Source: Dipteris shenzhenensis
Lineage: Eukaryota
Reading direction: 5' to 3' (one strand)
Assembly: GCA_047967505.1 (NCBI GenBank)
Contig: CM106538.1
Length of the DNA: 64,000 nucleotides
The notes under the pieces were generated by a model. The model made no database searches. It was not told where the DNA came from and saw only the letters and a program-made list of their open reading frames with translations. Numbering within the stretch: position 1 is the first letter of the stretch; the number at the start of each line of letters is the position of its first letter. Position numbers and translations under genes: made by a program. Positions 1 to 11,925 of the stretch are shown in pieces.

Positions 1-35
1 AGTAGTGTAGGATTAGTGCAAGATAAGTTATCGCC

Positions 36-255
36 AACACGGTGGTTAGTTTGCATTGGGATATTAACAGCCACCAGCACGGTGGTTTGCTTCTATTATT
101 ACAAGATGAATGGATTTGTAGGATGTGTGGATTTGTTATGGGAAATCAGCACGGTGGTTGTTGGGATATACTAAAAATAATGATGGGATTTACCATTTGG
201 GATTTACAAAAACAATTTAATGAAACTAGCATGGTGGTTGTTTGGGATATACTAA
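36..255. repeat. Short interspersed direct repeats CA(C/T)GGTGGTT...TTGGGATAT, probable subterminal repeats of the Sola2-like transposon
   Basis: CACGGTGGTT/CATGGTGGTT at about 38, 78, 149 and 230; three copies are followed by TTGGGATAT. The cluster lies just 3' of the minus-strand transposase stop codon. Confidence 0.5.
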
Positions 256-349
256 AAGGAAGCAATCTCAAATACAAATTCCATTTTGTAGGACAAGTGG
301 ACATATTGTTTTCTTGCGATGGCACTACATAGATTTTCTTAGTACTATC

Positions 350-491
350 TTAGTCATCCTTGTCCACCACTCCAAGACACCCCAAGATGTTCTCATGCGT
401 GTCTAAATCCAATTTGAAGACACCCTTGCCCTTCTTTCGTTGTGGCACAGGTTGCATCTGGAACTTAATAGCTCTTACTAGATGAGAGTAC
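350..491 (-). pseudogene. C-terminal fragment of Sola2-like transposase, separated from the rest by the Gypsy insertion
   Basis: Minus frame reads YSHLVRAIKFQMQPVPQRKKGKGVFKLDLDTHENILGCLGVVDKDD*. It joins in frame across the GTAC TSD to ...SRTAACV from 11926 onward. Confidence 0.65.
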
Positions 492-1476
492 TATTAACTA
501 GAAAAGAATTCGAGGCATGATGCTAGATGCGAGGCATGGCGACACTCGAGGGCCATAGAGGAAAAGGGAACATGAGGGGAGAAGCATTAACATAGGTGGG
601 GAAAAGGGATTAAGAGAGGTGGGAATGAAGAGGGGGGACTATGGCACAAGGGGTAAGGAAGAGGGGGAAGAGGAGCATGTACATGATGGGAGGTGGAATG
701 TAGAGAAGGAGACATCAAGGGAAGAGAGTCATGCTTTATTTGAAAGGAAGGATGGGAGGAAATCAAAGTACTAGCTAGGTGGCTTTACAAGAATGAGCGT
801 GTTCCCATCCTTTTATAGCCAAGAGAGGAGGTCTCCCAATAAATGCATCCTCCCACATGCATGGTGTGTGTGGAAGAGTCTCCCATGTGGGTTAGGTGGG
901 TATGCACTCTCAATTGTGTGCGACAATCCTTTGCCTCATTTTTCCACGTAAATCAAACCCCATATCCCAAGTCTAAGATACTCCCTTGGTCTCTCTCCAA
1001 TTTTATAATATGTTCAAACATCTAGAAGGACAAGTGGAGGGTTGGCACAAGGAGTCTTGCCACCTCATCCTACTTTCCCCATTAAATAACTTGCACTCTT
1101 GGACTATCTATACCCTCCCCACATGGGCCTATCCTACATAGAGGGAATAATCCAATATAATATCCATCTCCACCTATTTTATATTACTTCTCCCATGGTC
1201 CTTGAGCTATGTCTCACTAAATGTAGCCATGGGACTGCATAGGTGGATGGGTGGCACATAGAGGAACCATGCCACCTTAACATGTTATAATACTACTACC
1301 ATGGATTATGTACAACACACCTTATGGGTCCTCTTACGTGGAAGGGTGGCACATGGTCATGCCCTGCCACCTCAACCCTGGGCCCTATGCACACCATATT
1401 GTATTATACTATTGCCACACATACAAGTACACACATATATTTATGCCTTTTACCTTGGTCAAATTTATCCATAACA
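492..1476 (-). repeat. 3' LTR of the Gypsy element
   Basis: Collinear with 8425-9056 plus 11553-11925. Starts (minus) TGTTATGG right after the PPT and ends GTTAATA. Confidence 0.9.
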
Positions 1477-1490
1477 GTTCCCCCCCCAGG
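1477..1490 (-). promoter_or_regulatory. Polypurine tract of the Gypsy element
   Basis: Minus strand CCTGGGGGGGGAAC immediately precedes the LTR TG. Confidence 0.8.
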
Positions 1491-1499
1491 CAGGGAATG

Positions 1500-4400
1500 C
1501 ATAGCATTTCCATGCTTGGGACCATCACAAACAAAGAAGGGCTTGAGATAACACTTGTTGATCACCTTCTTGCCATATGGATCATGCAGCTCCTATACTT
1601 GTACATACCCATTGCTACGTTCCTTGATGACTTTGTATGGAAGGAACTTTTTATCCATTTGGTGGTCCAATTTGTTATCAAAGCATAGCACAACATCTCC
1701 TTCAGCAAATTTTCTTTCCCATCCCTTGCGAATCTTAGCATCCAAGCGGGCCTTTTGTCAGTTCTTTTGGATATCTGTTTGATGGAGTGCAAGGTGTCGA
1801 GTTTCATCTAGCTTCTCAAGTTGTACCAACCTGGCCTCTACATGTTCATCTTCTGTCATCCTCTGTTCTTGTGCCAATCTCAAGGCCAAAATCTCTATCT
1901 CTAGTGGTAAAATTGCCTCCATACCGTACACCAACTCAAAAGGAGTGTGACCTATAGATGTTTTATGGGTGATGGTGTAAGCCCACACGGCTTCAGTGAC
2001 CTTCTGATCCCACTGGCTCCTGTTCCCTGTGGCCATTATTCCCATGGATTTACAAAGGAGGCCATTGGTCTGCTCCGTTTGTCCCATGGATGTTGGCTAA
2101 TAGATGCTAGAAGTGCGATGATAAATACCCATGTGATCCATGAGCAACTCCACTGCTTCATTTAAGTTAAGAATGGACTCCCATGGTCAGATACTATTTC
2201 CATGGGTGTCCCAAACCTTGTGCAAATAAGTTCAAATATGAAATCTGAAACTGCCTTACCATTTGCAGTGGGGAGGGCGATAGCTTCAGCCCACTTAGTG
2301 ACATACTGAGTGGCTACTAGAAGATACTTCTCTTTGCAGGCAATCATGGGCAGGGGCCCAACAACATCTATTTCCCACTTCTGAAATGGATGGATGGACA
2401 TCACTAGGTGATGCTGTCTAGGACGCAAAACCTTCCTACCAAAGAATTGGCATGGTTCACAAGTTTTGCAATACATAGTGACATCCTTGAACAAGGTCGG
2501 CCAATAGTATCCAGCATGTAAAATCTTCTTAGCTGTACAATCACCGACACAGTGGCCTCCACAAAATCCATTATGATAATGCTTCAATACCTTAGGTACT
2601 TTATTTGCATCAATGGCCCATCTTAGTACCCCATCCATGCCTTGACGGTACAACACCCCATCGAAGATCTCGAGTGTAGCGGCTACTATTTCTGTGGATC
2701 TTCTTTCTCTCATAGCTAGTACTTTCTGGAGGAAAGGAGAAAGCGGTCAAAAATCTATAGATACCACCATACCATGGGTCCCCAACTTCTATGGCCACTA
2801 CAAGGGTTACATCGAGGCACTCCTCCAAATCAATCAAAGCATTCTTCAAGTTGGAACAACTCCCCTTTACAATTTTGAAGGAAAAATCATATTCTTGGAG
2901 AACTGCCAACCATTTGGCCAACTGGCCCATGGGACTTGGTGATTGAAGAACCTGCTTTGCAAGACCATTGGTAGAGACTATAATGAAGGAGTTTCCATCC
3001 CCATAATGCTTAAATTTCTCAATATAGAAAACCAAAGACAAGGCATGCTTGTCAGCTTCAGAGTAGCATCATTTAGTTTCGAGCAATTGTCGAGAAGCAA
3101 ATCGAATGGGATACATGAACCGATCCTCCCTTTGCTAGAGAAGAATACCTACCAGAGTCTGCTCACCAAACCCAAGATTGATATAGAAAGTTTTTGACTA
3201 ATCAGGTTTGCATAGAATGGGTTCTAAAGCCAGAGCACTCTTGATTTGTACAAACCCATGATCACAATCCTCATCCCAAGAGAAATCAACCCCATCTTTT
3301 AATAGAGTAGTCATGGGTCATGTCAAAGCAGCATATTGATCAATGAAGCAATGATAGTACCCTACTAGATTGACAAATGAGCATACCTAACATTTGGTTG
3401 TTGGTGGGGAGAGCTTGAGGATAGCTTCTACCTTCTCAGGGTCAGGCTTGACACCCTCTGATGAGACAATATGCCCTAATAACCTCCCTTGAGTGGCTCC
3501 AATGGTGCATTTATCAGGGTTGAAGCTGCCATTCGCATCATTGTCCCTTTGGAAGGCCAACCTAACCTTCATGACGTGCTCCTTACATGCCGAGAATATA
3601 CAGAAATCATCTAAAAACACCTCCAAGAAAACCCCCAAATAAGGAGCAAACACCATCTGCATAAATCTTTGAAAGGTAATAGGAGCATTGGTGAGGCCAA
3701 ATGGCATTTCTTTGAATGCAAACATCCCCCAGGGTGTGGCAAATGTGGTTTTAAGCACATCCTCCTTGACAATTCTAATTTGATAAAACCGGGAGTAACC
3801 ATCATAGAAAGTATACATCTCATGACCACTTACCTTCTCAAGAATGAGGTCTTGAAAGGGCAGAGGATGATGGTCCCTCTTGGTGGCCACATTGAGTTTC
3901 TTATAATCGATCAAACCCACCACTTATTGTTTTTCTTTGGGGTGACTACTACTGGTGAAACCCATTTAGTATTGTGAACCAAAACAATAAACCTAGCTTC
4001 TACAAGCTTTTGCAACTCTAAGCGCAAAGCGTCGATCTATAGGGGCCCTAATCTTCGATACTTCTGAGCCACTAGCTTAGCATCAGGCTTCAGCTCTATC
4101 TTGTGTTCTATGGCAGTCACATGGCAAAGGTGGTGGTAGCTAGTTACGAAGAGGTCAGGGAAATCTTTGAACATTTCTAGGAACTCATCTTTCTCACTCA
4201 AAGTGAGGTCAATGGAAAGCATAGATTCAAGCTGTTGAGAACTAGCTCTACGGGTGGTGGGATCGGAGACACCCCCATCATGTAAACTTCTTCCTCTGAG
4301 AACTCCTCCCCACCATCTGAATCTTCCATTGACTCAGACACTGAGGATGAGAGAGTATCACTGTCTTGCTCCTTTTCTTCTTCTGGTTCACTGGCACCTA

Positions 4401-6140
4401 GTTGCACTAGGATCTTCTTCTTTGAAGCACCAAAAGACATGTGTCCTGTCTTCCAATAGCTGACTCCATCACTCTTTCTCAACCATAGTCTCCTGAGTAT
4501 GGCTAGGTAACTCTTGCATGTATCTTCAATGTCCACTACATAGAAATTGATAGTGATGGGCAAATCCTCAATGACTCCCAGGGTGGTGAGCCGTCGACCA
4601 TCTAGTACCTTGATTCGAGTGGAGGAACACCTGGTGCATTTCAAATTTAGCTTCTTCATGATATGGGGCACCATGATATTACATGCAGCTCCCCCATCAA
4701 CACACACACTCTTGATACAGCAATTATCTATGATGACATCTACTATATGCGGGTGCCGATCAACTTTTTTAGAGATAAAAGAAATCTCTCATACCTTTTC
4801 CTTTTTCTTGCTCTTCCTTGTTGAGAGCCCTTGCTATAGCTCATGTCTCACCTTAGGACTTAATGCTATTAGTCGAGGAAGCGTGATGCTCAAAGACCGA
4901 TGAGCAAGGTCCTGAATGATGAATAGTCTTCTTGCCCTAAGCCGATAGGATAGTCTTCTTGCCCTGAGCCGATAGGAAAATCCAAGGGCGACCACTTACT
5001 CCTACGAGATCTTTTAGTTTTCTCTATTGGTGGGTTTGCCATCTCAACATCTGAGGGCTCTGAGAAGGACACCTTCTTCTTGGGGTGGCCCAGTCAGTCC
5101 ACGGTTTGGAGAGGGGTCCGAGGTAGTACGACTTCTGTTCCTGAGGTCAAGGACCTCTACGTCAGAATCCTCGGTGCCTGATTCACTTAGAAGATTCACC
5201 CTTGGAATATTGGACATTCGGTGCGATAGTGACCCTTCTGGTGGCACTTGTAGCACACAACATTGGCACATTCTCTTGGAGGGCGATTGGCTTGATTTTT
5301 GATGCCCACCATCTCAAGCCGAAGATCATTTAGGGCCTTGGCTAGGTCATTGACCCTGGGTTCTTTAGTAGGAGGGGCCAGGGGAGTAGGAAGGAGGGGG
5401 GCTCGTGGGCAAGCCTGGGAAAATCTTCCAAGCAGAAGTTGAGGCTATACTCCTTGTTGAGGGTAAGCATCTAAGGGAGGACCATACATTTGAGGTGGAG
5501 GCGGTGAATACATCCCTGATGGGGGGTGGGGGTATGCCCCAGAGTTGGACCCCCCAGGTTGTTGTTGCATGAATTGAGGGGGTTGCGGAGGGACAACCGT
5601 CTTCTTTGAAGCGAGGTCATATTGAAGTTTATCAAACTTTTGAGCAATCTCATGTGCTAGCACCATGGTTTCCGGATTCTCCCATTTAAACTTGAGGAAA
5701 AATTCATCACTTGCTCCTACTACAAGGTAGCCCAGCACATGCTGAATCATTCTAGCTCAAAATCTAGCGTTTTCCTCCTGCATGGAAATTAAACGGTCTA
5801 GGAGCATGGCCGCTCGATCCACATATCGACATGTCGTCTCACCTTCTGACTGCTTCAGGTTTGCCATCTACAGGTACACATTCTCAAGCTCCTCTTCTTT
5901 GCCGAAATACTCGATCATAGCTACTGTTAACCTCAGCCAAGTTTGGCGAACGTCTTTGGCTTGCTTCTCGTGAGGCTTCTCGTACCACACTTGAGCCAAA
6001 CCCTCTAGAAATGTGGGAAGAACCAATAACATTCTATCTTTAGTGAGAAAGTTGAGAGAAACACAATGGCACTTGAAGGCCACAAGATACTCATTTGGAT
6101 TTTCCTCAACCTGACCACACAACATGAGAATGTCAGCCAT
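1500..6140 (-). pseudogene. Gypsy gag-pol, fragmented by stops and frameshifts
   Basis: gag MADILMLCGQVEENPNEYL (6140); protease CVDGGAACNIM (4707); RT YKKLNVATKRDHHPLP...MPFGLTNAP...FLDD (3923-3387); degenerate RH GQLAKWLAVLQEY; integrase HNGFCGGH...GYYWPTL...CEPCQ, DVVGP, IVSDHGS, TPFELVYG. Confidence 0.95.
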
Positions 6141-6367
6141 GCTTGGAAAATTAAAAATAGAGAGACAAAATGAGGCTTATCTATTGGCAAACAATGGAAA
6201 GAGGTAGCTTAAACTGAAAATCAGGTGAAGATACATCGACAAAGCACACATAGGCAGGGTAGGGTGTGACTAGTGTATTGTGAAATACTATACGGGAAGA
6301 ATCCTCAGCATATAATAGCTCATAAATAATTTTAAAAGGACCAACCCTCATGATATTGCATCCATCT

Positions 6368-7101
6368 TTACAAGTGAGGGTTAGAGACACGGCGTTGCAT
6401 GAGGTTGTTCATCAAGGCGAACAAGAATGCCATGACAAATGTCAACAGTTGGAGAGCTTGCACATCACCTTCAGCTTCTTCTAGTTCTTGTAGTCACCAT
6501 GCTATTTCTTCAAGGAGTGTGCAGTTTGGCATCCTTCTTTTGAGCAATGTCCTTAAGAACCTTTTTGATGATGTTCCGAAGTCGGTAAACTCGTATCAAA
6601 TATGCACAACATTGAGTTTCATGATGACCATAACCTTTGCTTTCTTTACAAATGATCACCCTCATTTGTGGATTACAGCTTTGTTGGGGTGGTGCTTCCA
6701 CTCGTTTCATGCGTGATTGAAGTACAAGCTTCACGTGCTAAGAAATCAGCAACTAAATTTTGAGCTCAAGGGATATGCTGAATTTTTACCTCGTCAAATT
6801 GTTGGCAGAGTTCCAATGCTTGTTGATGTCGTGGAATCAAGCCTTTGCTCTGCACCTTCCACTAACTTGTTCACACACGAGTTGAGAATCTCCTTGCACC
6901 TCAAGTTCCCTGACGTGATATTCTTGCACCTTTTGTATCCTAAAAATGAGTGCCAAGTACAACTTGGTTGCAAGTACTTGCAGGTGCAGACTTGCTATAA
7001 CAATACACCTCACCACCCGGTGAAGTGAGCTTCACACCCACACCAATAGCCTTGGTCGAAGTTTTGTATGCTCTGTCAAATTGAAGAATCCAAGATGTCA
7101 T
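6368..7101 (-). pseudogene. Extra ORF upstream of gag: archaeal-type RNase H (aRH/RVT_3-like), zinc-knuckle-like motif, coiled coil and hydrophobic C-terminus
   Basis: Manual translation: MTSWILQFDRAYKTSTKAIGVGVKLTSPGGE...STCNQV[frameshift]YLALIFRIQKVQEYHVRELEVQGDSQLVCEQVSG...VKIQHIP*AQNLVADFLARE, then CKESKGYGHHETQC and ELEEAEGDVQALQLLTFVMAFLFALMNNL. Confidence 0.85.
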
Positions 7102-8400
7102 TACACCAAGTCTAAAATCCGGACATCCCAGGTTTCTTGGTAGTCTAAGATAGGCAGAACGAGAGGGTGGGGAGAATTCAATACTTGAGCAAGATGTTCA
7201 GCACCAAATAAACTTGCAATCCTTTGTTGATAGTTTTATCTTTAGACCAAAAAGAATTACAACTTGAAGCTCAAAATGTGGCACAAAGGGTTGATTAGGT
7301 ATAAAGGGATTCCTTGGTTGAAACATTACCGACCATAATCGAGCCCTAGAAACCTTTGTAGTGAGGTTGAGAAGAAATCATAAGACGAGCTCATCCATAG
7401 GTATTAACAAGCAGATGCACCAAATCTCCCCCCAAGCTTGTGGATCATCCCACCCTTGGAAGAATGTCACCCTTTTAATTACCTCTAATGCAACAAGTAG
7501 CTCAATCACCGCACAATGAGTAGAATTGGAATCAAAGCCCTCCTAGTGTATCACTAGTTCTTCACCTTGAATCATCCATGGTGTATCATCCCACCCGTCA
7601 TCTCCTTGAGAAATGCATTGTATAGTCAGTTGTTGAAGATCGACATGAAGATCAAGAAAGATATCTCACCAATTGGTAGCTGTAATGAGCAAAGCACCAA
7701 GCACCAAATCCTTGAACTTGTCGAGAAGTGACATAAATATCCACCCTCCTTGTGTGGCGTGCATCCAAGGAGTGAACTTGAAAAAGTTTAGAATTTTCAA
7801 TCTAGTATGAGATATGAATAGAGCACATGAAATGAAGTACTTTTGCTTTTTATAGCAAGAGGAAACTCCCTATGGTAAGAGAGTTACAGTTCATGAGATT
7901 TCAACATATAAGCAATATCATTACACTTTCATCAATTCCTATTTGTTGGCCCATTGGTAAGTCTTCCTTTTGTGAATGGCGAGGTCTTGGGTTCAATTCC
8001 AACTCCTTTATAAAAGGAGAGGAGAGGAGAGGAGAAGAGAAAAAGAGGGAGAAGAAGACGAAGAGGTGAACACGAGATCTGTTGCAGAATTTGCAAAGAC
8101 TGCAGGTCGCGACCAGAAGACTCGTTGGGCTCGGAGAAGATGCGCGGTGTGGGCGCAGTGCACACAAGAAGAAGCACGGCGCGGTGCGTGGGTGTGGTGT
8201 GCATAGGAATCCAAAAGACATGCAGGAACCTAGAAGATGTGCAGCGCAACAACAGAGAAGTTCTGTGATTACATGGATGGAGAACCGGAAGCAGATGTCA
8301 CAGATTGGAAGTGTAGAAGATGCCACAGAACCGCACACAGTCGTAGGAATAACCAATGTCGATGGAATGATTATATGCTACCACTAGCCATGGAGACCTC

Positions 8401-8420
8401 GTATCCCAACAACCACACCA
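8401..8420 (-). promoter_or_regulatory. Primer-binding site, probably tRNA-Asp type, decayed
   Basis: Minus strand TGGTGTGGTTGTTGGGATAC lies 4 nt from the LTR end and resembles TGGCGCCGTTGCCGGGGA, mostly by C>T changes. Confidence 0.55.
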
Positions 8421-8424
8421 ATTC

Positions 8425-11400
8425 TATTAACTAGAAAAGAATTCGAGGCATGATGCTAGATGCGAGGCATGGCGACGCTTGAGGGCCATAGAGGAAAAGG
8501 GAACGTGAGGGGAGAAGCATTAACATAGGTGGGAAAAAGGCATTAAGAGGGGTGGGAATGAAGAGGGGGACTATGGCACAAGGGGGAAGGAAGAAGGGGA
8601 AGAGGAGCATGTACATGATGGGAGGTGGAATGTAGAGATGGAGACATCAAGGGAAGAGAGTCATGCTTTATTTGAAAGGAAGGATGGGGGGGAAATCAAA
8701 GTACTAGCTAGGTGGCTTTACAAGAATGAGCATGTTCCATCAAGGAATAGCCCCCTCCTTTTTTAGCCAAGAGAGAGGGTCTCTCATAATAAATGCATCC
8801 TCCTGCATGCATGGTGTGTGTGGAAGAGTCTCCCATATGGGTTAGGTGGGTACGCACTCTCAATTGTGTGTAACAATCATTTGCCTCATTTTTCCACATA
8901 AATCAAACCCCATATCCCAAGTCTAAGATACTCCCTTAGTCTCTCCCTAATTTTATAATACGTTCAAACATCTAGAAGGACAAGTGGAGGGTTGGCACAA
9001 TGAGTCTTGCCACCTCAACCTACTTTCCCCATTATTTAAGTTGCACTCTTGGACTATGTTGAGAGTTGTGGTGCCATGAGCACTTGTAGAGCAAAGGTAT
9101 GAGTAAAGGAAAAGCTGCCACATGCCATGAAGGAGATAACCCACATGTGAGCAAGCAAATGGATGTAAGTACCCTTACCTATAAAAGGGAGGTTCATTTG
9201 AAGTAATATCAATCAAGCACTTTGTACTATCTCAAGATTCTCTTTATGAGTCCAAGCTAATCTATCTTGGAACCTAATTGACTTGAGGTACATGTCATGA
9301 GCACTCTCTTCATCATGTTTTCACATAGGTTCCATCCACCTTAGAGTGCTCCATAGATCGTGAGACATACATGTTTTGTCATGGTATCAGAGCATAGGTT
9401 TAGCTCTCCTAGTTTAGCTCATTAGTAGTTCACTAGGATTGCTTCATTCCTAGATTAGTTGTAGGCATGTCTTAGGAGCACATGTTTTCTCCTAGGTTAG
9501 TTTTAGTTTTAGATTGAGAACAAATTTTCATCCCTAGAGAGAGAAAATTTCCATCCATTGATTCCTTCCATTGCATTGAGGGAATTCCATCATTGAGAAA
9601 GTAAGAGAGATCCATTGTGAGGGATTCAATTCTCCAAGGAGAGAAATATGAAGAGTGCAAAGTAGTTCTGTGTTTTTTGAGAGAGAGAGATTCAGTCTAA
9701 GAAAAAAAGAGAGATATGGATTTGTTCTCAGGTAGTAAGTACAAACAATGAGCTTCCTGACTATCAAATGGCACACCTCTACTCGTAGTAGCTTTAACTC
9801 CCAACGATCAAATGCCTTCTCAAGCTCCTATCTATAGCGCAACCCTATCTGCCATCGTAGCCTTATCAATAGGCTTGCAGTGCTTCCATTTGACAGCTCT
9901 AGAGAGGTGCTCCTATCTCCTAACGACCAGCTACGACCTCCATAGCTCCCAGTGACCCAGCCTTCATGGATAGAGCAATGCTACGACATCAACAGCTGCC
10001 TCACTGCAAGCAATGAAGCTGCTCTGCAATGGCCACAATCTGCATACGCCCGAATCCCATGCTCCTCTATGACCAACGGCCCCTGCATGGGTGACTCCAC
10101 CGACTCTGCGGAGCCTCATAGCTCTCATAGCACCTAGTTACTAGAGCTCTGAAGCTCGTGATGCATAGCAGCACTCCAATAAACCAGCCCAAGCTTCCTG
10201 AGTAGCAGCACTGAAGCAAACGAGTGCAGCTCCAACACACAGCCACGGACAGCGCCTCAAGCAGATGCACAGCCAACAATGTAGGTCATGCTCCAAGCTC
10301 TCGCAAGTCTCCAATTCCTCCTCCACGAGCCCGAATTTGTAACAGCAGCGACTCTCTCTCCATCGAAGCTGTGGTCGTCGCAAGTTCATCGTAGAGAAGC
10401 TTCAAGCCTCCTTCTTCCTTCTCCAAGGTCTCAGATAAATGCCACGTGGCAGGATAAGAATTAACTATGGTTAAATTTAACTTAGCTTGGTCAATGGTTA
10501 AGTAAACACAAGTCCTGGTCCACTCAACCCACACTAAACCATGGTTAGATTTAGGTTATGGGGTTAGTTAAAGTGCCACCTAAGCACTCAGCACCCTTGC
10601 TAAGCACAGTCTTGCAAGCTGCATGTGAACAGCCTCTGCCACATCATCAAAGGCTTTCTTCTTCATAGAATCTTTGACAAGCCATAACTTGCAATCCAAG
10701 AAGAATTTGCTCATGCTCCAAAAAGGAAAAGTGATCGTCTTTTAGAGCTCTACGCACTTGTTAAGTTAGAATCATTGTATGTAGTTAGACACTGCCAATA
10801 TTGAAAGAAATCAATTGGTAAGACCTTTGCAACAAATGACAAATCAAAGCATGAATGCACACATCATTGTCATAAGCATGCCAAAACCTCAAGTGCATGA
10901 GATGACCATAGCAAAAAGCATGGCATCCACACATAAAGCATCAAGGCACATGGAAGAACAAAGCATCATGCATGAAGTTACACAAGGAAGAAGATTGGAG
11001 ATTGAAGAACCAGCAGGTCAACTACGTGGAATCATCATCAAGCCATGGGCAGAATGACAGAAACAACATGTATTGAAAAGCAAAAACCTTGCCAACCTTG
11101 CCTATATTTTGTAAATCAAGCCTGACCACCTGAGAGTAGCCATGTAGGCACCCAGGGGAGGATTTGATCTTGTAGCCTCACATCTGACCACCTTGCAGTA
11201 GCCAAAGGATTATGGCACCAAGGGAGGTGTTGAGAGTTGTGGTGCCATGAGCACTTGTAGAGCAAAGGTATGAGTAAAGGAAAAGCTACCACATGGCATG
11301 GAGGAGATAACCCACATGTGAGCAAGCAAATGGATGTAAGTACCCTCACCTATAAAAGGGAGGTTCATTTGAAGTAATATCAATCAAGCACTTTGCACTA

Positions 11401-11925
11401 TCTCAAGATTCTCTTTATGAGTCCAAGCTAATCTATCTTGGAACCTAATTGACTTGAGGTACATGTCATGAGCACTCTCTTAATCATGTTTCCACATAGG
11501 TTCCATCCACCTTAGAGTGCTCCATAGATCCTGAGGCATACATGTTTTGTCAGACTATCTATACCCCCCCCACATGGGCCTTTCCTACATGGAGGGAATA
11601 ATCCAATATAATATCCATCTCCACCTATTTTATATTACTTTTCCCATGGTCCTTGGGCCATGTCTCACTAAATGCACACATGGGACCACCTAGGTGGAGG
11701 GGTGGCACATGGAGGAACCATGCCACCTTAACATGTTATAATACTACTACCATGGATTATGTACAACACACCTTATGGGTCCTCTTACGTGGAAGGGTGG
11801 CACATGGTCATGCCCTGCCACCTCAACCCTGGGCCCTTTGTACACCATATTATATTATACTATTGCCACATACAAGCACACACATATATTTATGCCTTTT
11901 ACCTTGGTCAAATTTATCCATAATA
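8425..11925 (-). repeat. 5' LTR of the Gypsy element, interrupted at 9056/11553
   Basis: 8425-9056 matches 492-1106, and 11553-11925 matches 1102-1476. Confidence 0.9.
9057..11552 (+). mobile_element. Non-autonomous LTR retrotransposon with Copia-like signals (LARD/TRIM-like)
   Basis: 325-bp LTRs TGTTG...TGTCA at 9057-9381 and 11228-11552, about 9 substitutions by eye. PBS TGGTATCAGAGC (tRNA-Met) at 9382-9393; PPT AAGGGAGG before 11228; 5-bp TSD GACTA (9052-9056, 11553-11557). The 1.85-kb interior has no recognisable gag/pol. Confidence 0.92.

Larger units (their letters stand above)
492..11925 (-). mobile_element. Decayed full-length non-chromoviral Ty3/Gypsy LTR retrotransposon (Tat/Athila-like) with a nested element in its 5' LTR
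   Basis: Paired ~1-kb LTRs (492-1476; 8425-9056 plus 11553-11925). GTAC at 488-491 and 11926-11929. PBS at 8401-8420 and PPT at 1477-1490. gag-PR-RT-RH-INT order on the minus strand. Confidence 0.93.

Noticed and set aside
1500-1807. Chromodomain at the end of the Gypsy integrase
   Set aside because: The in-frame translation resembles a GPY/F-type integrase tail with no chromodomain motifs, and RT/INT look non-chromoviral.
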